Of a stretch of DNA of 64,000 nucleotides, positions 40,904 through 52,626 are shown in pieces. This stretch comes from Octopus vulgaris (Eukaryota), in contig OX597841.1 of NCBI GenBank assembly GCA_951406725.2, positions 14,446,001-14,510,000 on the forward strand, read 5' to 3'. The position numbers were made by a program, and so were the translations under genes. The notes beneath the pieces were generated by a model. It saw nothing but the letters and a program-made list of their open reading frames with translations. It searched no databases and was not told the DNA's origin. Position 1 is the first letter of the stretch, and the number at the start of each line of letters is the position of its first letter.

Positions 40904-42655
40904 TATATATATGCATGTATGTATATATTTTGTGTGTTACTGTTTGTCCCCCCTACCATCGCTTGACAACCAATTTTGGTGTGTGTTTATGTCCCCGTAA
41001 CTTAGCGATTCGGTAAAAGAGGCAAATAAAATAAGTACTAGGCTTACAAAGAATAAGCCCTGGGGTTGATTTGTACAACTGAAGGTGGTACTCCAGCATG
41101 ACCGCAGTCAAATGCCTAAAACAAGGAAAAGAATAAAAGGATATATATAACGGAAACTGAAAGAAGCCCATCATATATATATATGTGTGTGTGTCTGTGT
41201 GTATATATATATATATATATATATCATCATCATCATATATATATATATGTGTGTGTGTGTGTGTATATATATATATCATCATCAACATTTAACGATGATG
41301 ATGATGATGATGGTGATATATATAAATATACACACACACACACATATATATATATATGATGGGCTTCTTTCAGTTTCCGTCTACCAAATCCACTCACAAG
41401 GCTTCGGTCGGCCTGAGGCCATAGTAGAAGACACTCGCCTGAGCTGCCACGCAGTGGGACTGAACCCGGAACCATGTGGTTGGGAAGCAAGCTTCCTACC
41501 ACACAGCCACCTATGTATAATTAGATAAAGAGGAGGGGGGTTAGGGTTAGGGGTGACCAGGACAGAATTGGCGTTGAGTACAGTCTAGTCCAGTCTGGTC
41601 CAGAAACAAGTGGACATTAAAGGTGGTGGTGGTGGCGGGGAGGGGGGGAGGCAGAGTGGGAGGGAACGTACCGGAAGGTCACTCTGGTCAGCCGTCAGGA
41701 CATTTAATTAAGTCCGATCATCGCCGTTCGTCTTTAATTTATATATTTGTTTGCTTGCTGGGAAGTGTTAAATGGCAATGGCCATATTACTCCGGGAGGC
41801 GGTGGAATTTACTGGAAAGAGAAACATTAGCGGGGGAACCACTTTAAGACGCACATGTGTGTTTGTGTGTGTGTGTGTGTGTCTGTGTGTGTGTGTGTGT
41901 CTGTGTGTGTCTGTGTTTATGGTATCAACTGAAAAGTTATGTAACTATCAGGTTGATCAAAATATACATGCATCTTATCTATCTATCTATATACATATAG
42001 GCGCAGGAGTGGCTGTGTGGTAAGTAGCTTGCTTACCAACCACACGGTTCCGGGTTCAGTCCCACTGCGTGACACCTTGGCCAAGTGTCTTCTACTATAG
42101 CGTCGGGCCGACCAAAGCCTTGTGAGTGGATTTGGTTGACGGAAACTGAAAGAAGCCCGTCGTATATATGTATATATATAAGGCGCAGTAGTGGCTGTGT
42201 GGTAAGTAGCTTGTTTACCAACCACATTGTTCTGGGTTCAGTCCCACTGCGTGGCACCTTGGGCAAGTGTCTTCTACTATAGCCTCGGGCCGACCAAAGC
42301 CTTGTGAGTGGATTTGGTAGAGGAAACTGAAAGAAGCCTGTCGTATATATGTATATATATATATGTATGTGTGTCTGTCTTTGTTCTCCTAACATTGCTT
42401 GACAACCGATGCTGGTGTGCATAGCGGTTCGGCAAAAGAGACCGATAGAATAAGTACTGGGCTTACAAAGAATAAGTCCTGGAGTTGATTTGCTCGACTA
42501 CAGGCGGTGCTCCAGCATGGCCGCAGTCAAATGACTGAAACAAGTAAAAGAGTAAAAGAGTATATGTGTGTGTTTGTTTGTGCGTCTGTGTTTGTCCCCA
42601 CAACATCGCTTGACAACCCATGCTGGTGTGTTTGCATCCCCATAACTTAGCGGTT
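39570..42655. mobile_element. Cluster of SINE-A copies and half-copies (39570-39720, 39797-40265, 40668-41140, 41355-41515 minus, 41999-42170, 42181-42560, 42565-42655)
   Basis: Consensus matches; tandem 5' halves at ~42.0-42.3 kb. Confidence 0.85.
40527..40619. repeat. 38-bp inverted repeat (one mismatch), 17-nt loop
   Basis: Arms 40527-40564 and 40582-40619; right arm contains CTGATGA. Confidence 0.92.
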
Positions 42656-42775
42656 AAACTAGGGACCATGGGGACAAGTGGGGGAGCTTCTATGTTGTCA
42701 CTTGACCTTACACAATGTAACAGCCAAATCTCCCTTCAACAAACTCCCTACACTCTTTAACTCCTTTAGCATATA

Positions 42776-43002
42776 TCTATTTCTTTACTACCCACAAGGG
42801 GCTAAACACGGAGAGGACAAACAAGGACAGACAAATGGATTAAGTCGATTATATCGACCCCAGTGCGTAACTGGTACTTATTTAATCGACCCCGAAAGGA
42901 TGAAAGGCAAAGTAGACCTTGGCGGAATTTGAACTCAGAACGTAGCGGCAGACGAAATACCACTAAGCATTTCGCCCAGTGTGCTAACGGTTCTGCTAGC
43001 TC
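42776..43002 (-). mobile_element. SINE-B
   Basis: Consensus match. Confidence 0.9.
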
Positions 43003-43418
43003 CAGGACATATCAGACCCAAATATTCTACATTTTTTTATGTCCAAGTTGGCCAGATCCAGCCTCTCACACCTACCCTACAATGTCATTCTAAAACAGAA
43101 AACCATCCCATTACTGAAATCTGAAAGCTTTGAGATAATACAGGATTAACAGAAAACTTTGAGATAATACAGGATTAACAGAAAAGCATTAGATTTAACA
43201 AAATAATCTGAATGCTTAAAGGCTTAATCCAGTCATGTCCACATCAGATATTCAACTCTCATTTATGTTCTGACCAGCTGGATCTGTCCTCTCACACTTA
43301 CCCTACAATGTCATTCTGAAAATAAACAATGACATCACTGAAATCTCAAAGCTATGAGATAATCCAGGATTAACACAAAACAATGTGAATAAATAAGCAA
43401 CAGAGGACAAAGGTCACG

Positions 43419-44008
43419 ATCCAGTGTCAAGTTGATCACAGAACTTGAGGCGATCCAAAGAAGCTACACAAAGAAGATAGCCTCTGTGCAGCATATAAGC
43501 AACTGGGAAAGACTCAAGAGATTAAAACTCTATTCCCTAGGAGCGTAGGCGAGAAAGATATGCCATAATATACATCTGGAAGATCCTGGAAGGACTTGTC
43601 CCAAACTTCGGCATCGAGAGTTACACAAATGCCAGAACTGGGCGCCACTTCGTGGTGCCAAGGACTCCAAATTTGCCATCAAGATGTAGGACAAGATACT
43701 GTGATAGCCTGGGCTTCCGAGGCCCACAGCTCTTCAATATCCTCCCGAAGAACCTGAGAGACCTGCATGGGGTGGATACAGATGTCTTTAAAATGGAGCT
43801 GGTTCTCTTCCTGTCAGGTGTCCCGGATGAACCAACTTCACGGCAGGAGAGGGCAGATGAGGGCAGCTGCATCAAACTCTCTCATGCACCAAATAGCAGT
43901 TGCTAAAAAGCATTCGTGAAGTAAAAATCATGTAGCAACATCAAATAGCGGTGCCCCAGCATGGCCACAGCTCGTGAGCTGAAACTAGATAAGATAAAAT
44001 AAAATAAA
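43419..44008 (+). mobile_element. CR1-type LINE 3' fragment (second family) with SINE-A-like tail
   Basis: ELEAIQRSYTKKI...WERLKRLKLYSL/ERRRERY...IWKILEGLVPN...GPQLFNILP...FLSGVPDEP; ends GCGGTGCCCCAGCATGGCCACAGCTCGTGAGCTGAAAC plus A-rich tail. Confidence 0.9.
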
Positions 44009-44521
44009 GGGATCTGAGAACCAAAGACTTAACGATGACGACGATGATGATGTTGATGATTAAGGTAATAACGATAATTACAGACGTAAAGAAACTACTT
44101 GAGCCGAGCACTCCAGAGAAATCAACTCCCCTCTTGTGAGATAAAATATCGCAGGACATGTTGGTTCACGACAAAAACAGACGAAACCCTTGAACCTCCC
44201 CAGTCTGTCTGTGCGTCAGCGAGTGGTTGGAGAAAGATCGGCTGTTTATCTTTTTTATCTCTCGGTTGTTTACAGCCCATTGGGCTATGGGCCATGCTGG
44301 GGCAATGCTTTGGAGGGTCTTAGTTGAACAAATTGACACCCCCCCCTACTTACGTTCTATTTTACGATGTCTGGTACTTGTTCTATCACTTTCCTTTGCC
44401 GAATTGCTAAGTCAAGGGGACGTAAACAAACCAAGCAGGGATGGGTGACAAACACAAACACCAAGGCACACATAAACAGTATATATACATATATATATAT
44501 GTATATCTATATATATATATA

Positions 44522-44686
44522 GGCGTAGGAGTGGCTGTGTGGTAAGTGGCTTGCTTACCAACCACATGGTTCTGGGTTCAGTCCCACTGCGTGTCACCTT
44601 GGCCAAGTGTCTTCTACTAGAGCCTCAGGCCGACCAAAGCATTGTGAGTAGATTTGGTTGACGGAAACTGAAAGAAGCCCATCGTA

Positions 44687-44719
<33 letters not shown>

Positions 44720-44930
44720 GTGCATGTGTGTGTGTGTGTTTGTTTCCCCAACATCGCTTGACAGCCGATGCTGGTGTGTTTACGTCCCCGTAACTTAGCG
44801 GTTCGGCAAAAGAGACCAATAGATTAAGTACTAGGCTTGCAAAGAATAAATCTTGGGGTCGATTTGATCGACTAAAGGCGGTGCTCCAGCATGGCTGCAG
44901 TCAAATGACTGAAACAAGTAGAAGAGAGAG
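44522..44930 (+). mobile_element. SINE-A
   Basis: Full consensus match. Confidence 0.93.
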
Positions 44931-45272
44931 TATACACAGAGTATATCTATCTATTTATAAATAAGTTCAGCAAACGATTCAGATTCAAATGAATATGGTA
45001 CTTAATTTTGTGAACTTAATTTTGGTCTGTTTGGTATCCCACTTCATGTTCCTGAAATTCATATCTACATCTTTATCTGTATATTTACCTTCCCTAAGAT
45101 GTTACTAATTGATCTGAGAACTTTATATTATTGGAAAACCTATATTAAATTAGCTGAAGATTACTCGACATATTATATCTGCTGTAATATTTGCAGCTTT
45201 TAATAAAATGTTGTAGTATGAAACAATTGTACCAAATTACCGGATTCATTCTTGTTGCTTATTAATTATATA

Positions 45273-45484
45273 CTCTTTACTCTTTTACTTGTTTCAGTCA
45301 TTTGACTGCGGCCATGCTGGAGCACCGCCTTTAGTCGAGCAAATCGACCCCGGGACTTATTCTTTGTAAGCCCAGTACTTATTCTATCGGTCTCTTTTGC
45401 CGAACCGCTAAGTGACGGGGACGTAAACACACCAGCATCGGTTGTCAAGCAATGCTAGGGGGACAAACACAGACACACACACAC

Positions 45485-45521
<37 letters not shown>

Positions 45522-45686
45522 TACGACAGGTTTCTTTCAGTTTCCGTCTACCAAATCCACTCACAAGGCATTGGTCGACCTGAGGCTATAGCAGAAGACA
45601 CTTACCCAAGATGCCATGCAGTGGGACTGAACCCGGAACCATGTGGTTGGTTAGCAAGCTACTTACCACACAGCCACTCCTGCGCC
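45273..45686 (-). mobile_element. SINE-A
   Basis: Full consensus match. Confidence 0.95.
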
Positions 45687-46134
45687 TATATATATATATA
45701 GATAGATAGATACATACATACATAAGACAAGGGCAAGAAGAGAGGGTGCACATATGAGAGAAAGAAAAAGGGGGAAAAACTGCATGTATATTTGTGTGTG
45801 AGAGAGGTGGAGAGAGAAAGAGATAGACAAAGAGATAGATAAAGAGAGAGAGAGAGAGGGAGGAGTGAGCTCCAAACTATACATGGGAAAATTTCTCAGG
45901 AAAGCCATCTGCATAGAAAACATATAGTTAAGAGTAAGGGTGTGGGGAGGGGTAGGCTGTAGGTAGGACCTGAGATCCCCCATAACAAATTCTAATTGAT
46001 AAAGGTCACCAATAACGAAGGGGGGAAATGCTCGATATTTGATCCCCCTCTTTCGTTAGCACAAAAATCATCATTAATGATGTTCGTCTTCAATGAAGTC
46101 AATTAGCTTCACCTCTAATTAGGAAAACAAAACA

Positions 46135-46291
46135 GAGGTGTCTGTGTGGTAAGAAGCTTGCTTCTCAACCACATGGTTCCGGGTTCAGTCCCACTACATG
46201 GCACCATGGCCAAGTGTCTTCTACTATAGCCTCAGGCCTTGTGAGTGGATTTGGTAGACGGAAACTGAAAGAAGCCTGTCGTATATATGTG

Positions 46292-46322
<31 letters not shown>

Positions 46323-46522
46323 CTGTGTTTGTCCCCCTAGCATTGCTTGACAACCGATACTGGTGTGTTTGCGTCACTGTAACTTAGCGGTTCGGCAAAA
46401 GAGACCGATAGAATAAGTACTGGGCTTACAAAGAATAAGTCCCGGGGTCGAGTTGCTTGACTAAAGGCGGTGCTCCAGCATGGCCACAGTCAAATGACTG
46501 AAACAAGTAAAAGAGTAAAGAG
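46135..46522 (+). mobile_element. SINE-A
   Basis: Consensus match with a small deletion. Confidence 0.92.
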
Positions 46523-46640
46523 TATATATACACATAACCGAAGAGATGGTGTTGTGGATTTCCACTTCGGCATCTGAAACTCAGAGTTTTATCTTGACTA
46601 TTGAGTATTTGTAACATATTATTTTATAGATATATACATA

Positions 46641-47048
46641 TCTTTATATATAAAAGTGAAGTTGTGTGAGTGTCTGTCTCCTACGATTTAGATTCCTAAC
46701 TAATCTCACATTTTGCGGTGCAGTTTAACCAAAACCGGGTATCTTATAGTCGTGATTCATATCGAGCCCTTCTGGGTATTAGCGCGCGTCCACGATGAGT
46801 CTACGATTTAAAAAAAAATTTACCATAATTTTTTGCCATTTTAATACATTTTTTTTTCGCTATTATATAAGGGAAGTAACTCTCTAAAAATGTCTACGAT
46901 GAGTCAACGATTTAAAAAAAAATTTACCATAATTTTTTTTTCCATTTTTAATGCATTTTTTTTGGCTATAACTCTCTAAAAATGCTTAAGTACAGAAAAA
47001 ATAGTTATTTCCCTTACAAACCCGAGCAACGCCGGGCGATACTGCTAG
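46641..47048 (+). mobile_element. Non-autonomous Helitron
   Basis: 5' TC, 3' CTAG, subterminal hairpin CCCG-AGCAACGC-CGGG, inserted between A and T with no TSD. Confidence 0.9.
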
Positions 47049-47799
47049 TATATATACACATATGCACATATGTATTACTCCCTTTCTTCCAAGCTATTTA
47101 CCATTCTGTCTATTTCTTTATCTCACTCTCTCCATCTATCTGTTTGCCTTGCTCTCTACCTATGTCCCACTTTTTATCGTTCTCTCTCTCTATATATATA
47201 TATATTTGATACATATATACCCTCTCACACATCTACTTCTACCCGCTTCACCATTTATTTCCCCCCTACTCTCTCTCTCTCTCTCTTTATCTCCATCCAT
47301 CGACATATTCATGTACCTATCTATCTACTTATCTGCCGATCGATCTATCTGTCTCTGTCTTCCTCCTCTCCACGCAAACACACTTAAATCACTCCTCATT
47401 CCCCCCCCCTTTCTCCTCCCCACGTGACAGCAGACCTCTTTGATGTATTTATCTCTGTTCTTCTCTTCTTCTTTCCCAGCCCCCCCCCCCCCACCGGCGG
47501 CGGCGTCGGCGCCACCCTCCACTCTACTGCACCAAATACCCATCCTTATCTGACCCTATCACACCATCAACCACCAACCACCACCACCACCGCCACTTTT
47601 CCCCTGCCCCACTTCGACATCACCTACTTAAGAGATAAACCACCCAACGAGCACAAACAAATCACAGCCACAGAGGGAAAAAAAAATAAGAGAGACACCA
47701 CGTCCGCCGCCGCCATCAACAGCTCAACCTACCTTCATGTCCACCACCACCACCACTGTCAACATGGGATGGTCGTAGCTTCATTCTTTTTATCCAGTA

Positions 47800-48157
47800 C
47801 TAGCAGTATCGCCTGGCGTTGCTCGGGTTTGTAAGGGAAATAACAATATAAGCATTTTTAGAGAGTTATAGCCAAAAAATGCAATAAAAAATGATGGTAA
47901 ATTTTTTTTAAATGGTAGACATTTTTTAGAGTTACTTCCCTTACATAATATCGAAAAAATGCATTAAAATGGAAAAAAATGATAGTAAATTTTTTTTTTA
48001 AATCGTAGACGCGCGCTAATACCCAGAAGGGCTTGATATGAATCACGACAATAAGATACCCGGTTTTGGTTAAACTACACCGCAAAATGTGGGAGTAGTT
48101 AGGAATCTAAATTGTAGGAGACAGACACTCACACAACTTCACTTTTATATATAAAGA
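47800..48157 (-). mobile_element. Non-autonomous Helitron, same family, inverted
   Basis: Reverse complement of 46641-47048 with deletions; same TC...CTAG ends and A^T target. Confidence 0.9.
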
Positions 48158-48250
48158 TTCTACACTTGCTGCAGTTATTAGGCTGCGGAGCACACAGCCT
48201 TGAAAAATTGTTTTTAATCTAATGGAATCGACCTAATATCTTTATATTTT

Positions 48251-49400
48251 ATCTTTTACTTGTTTCAGTCATTTGACTGCGGCCATGCTGGAGCACCGCC
48301 TTTAGTCGAGCAAATCGACCCCGGGACTTATTCTTTGTAAGCCCAGTACTTATTCTATCGGTCTCTTTTTGCCGAACCGCTAAGTGACGGGTATGTAAAC
48401 ACACCAGCATCGGTTGTCAAGCAATGCTAGGGGGACAAACACACACACACATATATATACATATATACGACAGGCTTCTTTCAGTTTCCGTCTACCAAAT
48501 CCACTCACAAGGCTTTGGTCGGCCCGGGGCTATAGTAGAAGACACTTGCCCAAGGTGCCACGCAGTGGGACTGAACCCGGAACCATGTGGTCGGTTAGCA
48601 AGCCACTTACCACACAGCCACTCCTGTGCCTAATAGTTTATTTTTGTTTTAAAACCAGGTCTCTTTTTGCGGAACCGCGAAGTTACTGTGACGTAAACAT
48701 AACAACACCGGTTTGTTGAGAAGTTGGGAGTGCGACAAAGACACACTTGCATATGCACATATCTTTTACCTGTCACTGGTTTCAGTCATTTGACCGTGGC
48801 CATGCTGGAGTATTGATTACATCAAAGGGGTCATTTCAAACAAATTAACTCCAGGGACTCTATTTTTTCAAAGCCTAGAACTTATTCTAGTCTCTTGCTA
48901 AACATCTAATTTACGGGGTCGTAAACACATCACTATCAGTTATCCGGGACAAACACAGACATGATACATACGTTGGGCTTCTTTCAGTTTCCATCTACCA
49001 AATCCACTTAAAGCTCTGGTTGGCCTGAGGCCATAGAAGACACCTGCCGAAGGTACCAACGGGACTGAACCTGGAACCATGTGGTTGGGAAGCAAACCAA
49101 TCACTTTTGTTTGTCATTTGACTGTGGCCATGCTGGAGCACCGCCTTTAGTTGAACAAATCAACCCCAGTACTAATTCTATTGGTCTCTTTTTGCCAAAC
49201 TGCTAAGTTATGGGGACTAAAGACACACACACACACATATATATACGACGGGCTTCTTTCAGTTTCCATCTACCAAATCCACACACAAGGCTTTACTCTG
49301 CTTGAGGCTATAGTAGAAGACTCTTGCCCAAGGTGCCATGCAGTGGGATTGAACCTAGAACCATGTGGTTAGGAAGCAAGCTACTTACCACACAGACACA
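48251..49400 (-). mobile_element. SINE-A (48251-48630) plus two or three older degenerate copies
   Basis: Consensus matches. Confidence 0.85.
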
Positions 49401-49463
49401 ATATAGGAACATAAAGGAAAAACTTTAATTATCACTAATTGTGACTGAATAGCAATTTATATA

Positions 49464-49696
49464 CAGGGTTGGCCAGAAGTCACCCAACAGTAAACCAAAT
49501 TCCATAAATACCGTCTGTGATTCTGTATTGACTGGAATGGAAAAATGGTGTCATTCAAGAAGGATTTCAGTTTGAACAATTTTCATGATGTTTCATATTT
49601 AGATGCTTTTATTAAATTCATTCAGTTGTTAAACATAAATAAATCTTGGAATTAAATGGTTTTGATTTACTGTCGGGTGAGTTTTGGCCAACCCTG
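49464..49696. mobile_element. Tc1/mariner-type MITE (233 bp)
   Basis: TA target-site duplication; ~35-bp imperfect TIR CAGGGTTGGCCAGAAGTCACCCAACAGTAAA / TTTACTGTCGGGTGAGTTTTGGCCAACCCTG. Confidence 0.9.
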
Positions 49697-49804
49697 TAAT
49701 GTATAGACATAAATTGCTATTTAGCCCCTTAATCGCAATTCATGATCAATTCATTGAATATTCTTATCTCCTCTAAGCACAAGGCAATTTCTGGGAAGGG
49801 AGCC

Positions 49805-50176
49805 AATTGATTAGATCAACCCCAGCACACAACTGGTACTTAATGTTTTGACCCCGAAAGGATGAAAGGTAAAGTCAACCTTAGCGCAATTTGAACTCGG
49901 AATGTAAAGACAGACGAAATACCAGTGAGCATTTTGCCCAGTATGTTTAACATTTATTTCTTTATTGCCCACAAGGAGCTAAATATAGAGGGGTCAAACA
50001 AAGGGATTAAGTCGACTACACCAACCCCAGTGCATAACTTGGTACTTATTTAATCGACCCCGAAAGGATGAAAGGCAAAGTCGACGTCGGCGGAATTTGA
50101 CCTCAGAACGTAAAGACAGACGAAATACTGCTAAGCATTTCACCTGGCATGCTAACGTTTCTGCCAGCTCACCGCT
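49805..50176 (-). mobile_element. SINE-B tandem pair
   Basis: Two bodies head to tail. Confidence 0.85.
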
Positions 50177-50659
50177 TTCAATATTACAGGTCAAATGACC
50201 CTGCTGAAAATTCCTCTCCCTTATATTTTTTCTTCCTTCTTTTTAATCCTTATTTCCCTCTATATTTGAATTCTCCCCTCCTACTCTGCACATTCTGATT
50301 GAACCTTCCAGGTGTTAACAGGTACCTCTTTACAACAATGCAAACTTCCATTCAATTAAGATATCCCTCACCTGAAGAATAGCCTCTGGTATACACCTCA
50401 CCTAAGATATTTACCACTTCTGAGGTTCCGCTTGCTATGAAAGACACACAGCCTGGATCTCATCTACTTCATTCCTCATTAAAACTGTAGTTTCTGTCCA
50501 GGTAAACTGACTTCCGATTCCTCAAAGATTTCCGAACTAGTGGCAAAGAAAAAAGCCACCTCAGAAAAGGGGTTTGTTTATCCCCCAACGACATGATTAC
50601 TACGATAGATAGGGATGATGGTTTAGCTTTACCAATGACCCAAAGGCTGCATATCCTGT

Positions 50660-51010
50660 AACTTCCACCACTAAGATCAACTGTAAATCAAAAAGCCAAT
50701 GCTATCAGGACATCCCGTGAGAGAGTTGAGAATATTCTGCACAAAGAACTTGGTTCCTGCTCAATGGGTGCCACACATCTTGACACATGATCAACAAACC
50801 ACAGGAAAATCTGACATTGTCTGAAGCAAATCCAGCTGGTTTCCTTGAGGCAGGGATAATCCCTGCAGCAGAAACACCCCTCCTCACCGGCTCCAAAAAA
50901 AGGGCCCTGGTCGTTTCACTTGCCTCAGTTCTTTGGGGTGCAAAAGGCATTATACTTATTTGTTTTTTCTGTTCGAAAGGGCCACACAATCAATGGAGAA
51001 TACTACATTG
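50660..51010 (+). pseudogene. Decayed mariner transposase fragment
   Basis: Across frameshifts: SRERVENILHKELG, WVPHILT (starts 50765; mariner WVPHxL motif), KHPSSPAPKK, ASVLWGAKGI, GHTINGEYY. Confidence 0.8.
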
Positions 51011-52558
51011 GAAAACGAACTTCATTTAGACACCGTTGATGGCCAATCTATGACCATGAACCTTGCAGCTGACCCTCATAATCCTGGGACTGTAACCCTC
51101 GAAGAGGCACTGCAGAAGAAAGACTCTACAGTAATCCTTCACCATATCACTGTTCATCTACCAAGCCCTCAGTACATCAGGGATTTTCCTGGTCAATATA
51201 TGTAAATTCATACCACAGACCTCTGCAGTTGTCCATGCTGGCATCGGCTGGACACAAGTAAGCTGAGGGGCTGCACTAGACTCCAGTCTGATTCAACACG
51301 GTTTCTATGGCTGGATGCCGTTCCTAATGCCAACCACTCCGAGTGTAGCGGGTACTTTTTATGGGCCAGTCAGGCGGTACTGGCAATGCCCTCACTTGGA
51401 TGGTGCTCTTGGCACAAGGATTACATTTGATAGCAATATAAACGTTAAAGGGAGCTTCTATGGCCACTCCTCCATGCTTCAAGGGGACAAACAGCATTTC
51501 AGCAAAGCAGTCTCTTTTGCAGTTAGACGTCCCTCCTGTCACCAATCCTCCTTTTACTGGTTTCAGGGCTCTCACTGCCTTGAAAGAAGGAACCCCAGTA
51601 CTTACCTGGTGCTTATTCTATCAATCTCTTTTCCAGAACTGCCAAGTGTAAACAAACCAACTGCGGTTGTGACGGGCGGGGGACAAAGACAGAAAAGCGA
51701 AGAAAAACACAAAGACATTGTTGAGTTAGGAAATAAATAACAGTTTATTTTTGTCAACAAATAATTAGTAGTTATTACTAATAGCATCAACACCACAACA
51801 TCACATTGCCTATGTGAAATCTCATCAGTTCCCTTGCCCGACCGAGACCGCACCTGTCTCCGCGGCTGTAGAACACACAGTTATCTGACAACTGCTCCGA
51901 ATGTTTTATTCGCGCTCACCTCGCCTGAAGTCCTGCTACGCAACACTGTTGCAGCCCTGCTCTGACCGACCACAAAGGTAAGGACAGAGGGACTGGCCTG
52001 AGAGCTCTAGGCCGAACCACAGTTCCACTGGACCCGGACAGCCCTTCAAAAAACCACCAGAAGCAGAGTTGGGGGGAAGGAAAAAAAAAAAAGAAAAAGA
52101 AAAAAAAAAAAGCTTCCAGCAAAATTCCCTGCCAAAACTCGGCGCCGTTGTTATCACCATGCTAATGACCACCACCGCCTAAACAGAACATCGGGTGTGC
52201 ATGTGTGTGCATTGCATATATAAATATATATATTATATTTACAAACTAGTATTTAGTTTATGTTACAGGGTGTGTGTATATATGATATATATATACTACA
52301 TATATAATATGTAGGGGTAGTAGAGGCGGCTGTGTGCATAATCCCTCCCACCCGCAGGGCTGTTGGTGATGGAAACCACAAGGAAAATCCTGAGCAAGCA
52401 ACAGCACCGGGGTGGGGGATGCTATATTCCATTTCCGGGTCATATCCATCCCCCCCCTGGCTTGAGGAAGGGGAGCAATGACCAGCAGTGCAGGAAGCAG
52501 CCAACCCAGTCCTGGGGTACTTCCAAGACATTGTATTTAAAGTCCTCCTCCGCCCCCA

Positions 52559-52626
52559 TCACATGATCTCCACCACGGAACACTCCTCATCCTCATCTGT
52601 ATCTCTGTAAATCACAACTTTGGAAT
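52559..52626 (-). CDS. Candidate short terminal coding exon of unknown gene (xSKVVIYRDTDEDEECSVVEIM*), followed by non-repeat putative 3' UTR to ~51740
   Basis: Strong acceptor: branch-like GACTAAT, long pyrimidine tract, TTGCAG; phase-1 frame is the longest; minus-strand AATAAA near 51905 and 51745. Confidence 0.45.

Noticed and set aside
41541-41553. Interstitial telomeric TTAGGG
   Set aside because: Only two units, within chance expectation
50933-51205. 90-aa ORF as a host exon
   Set aside because: Its 5' part overlaps the mariner remnant out of frame; no domain or splice support
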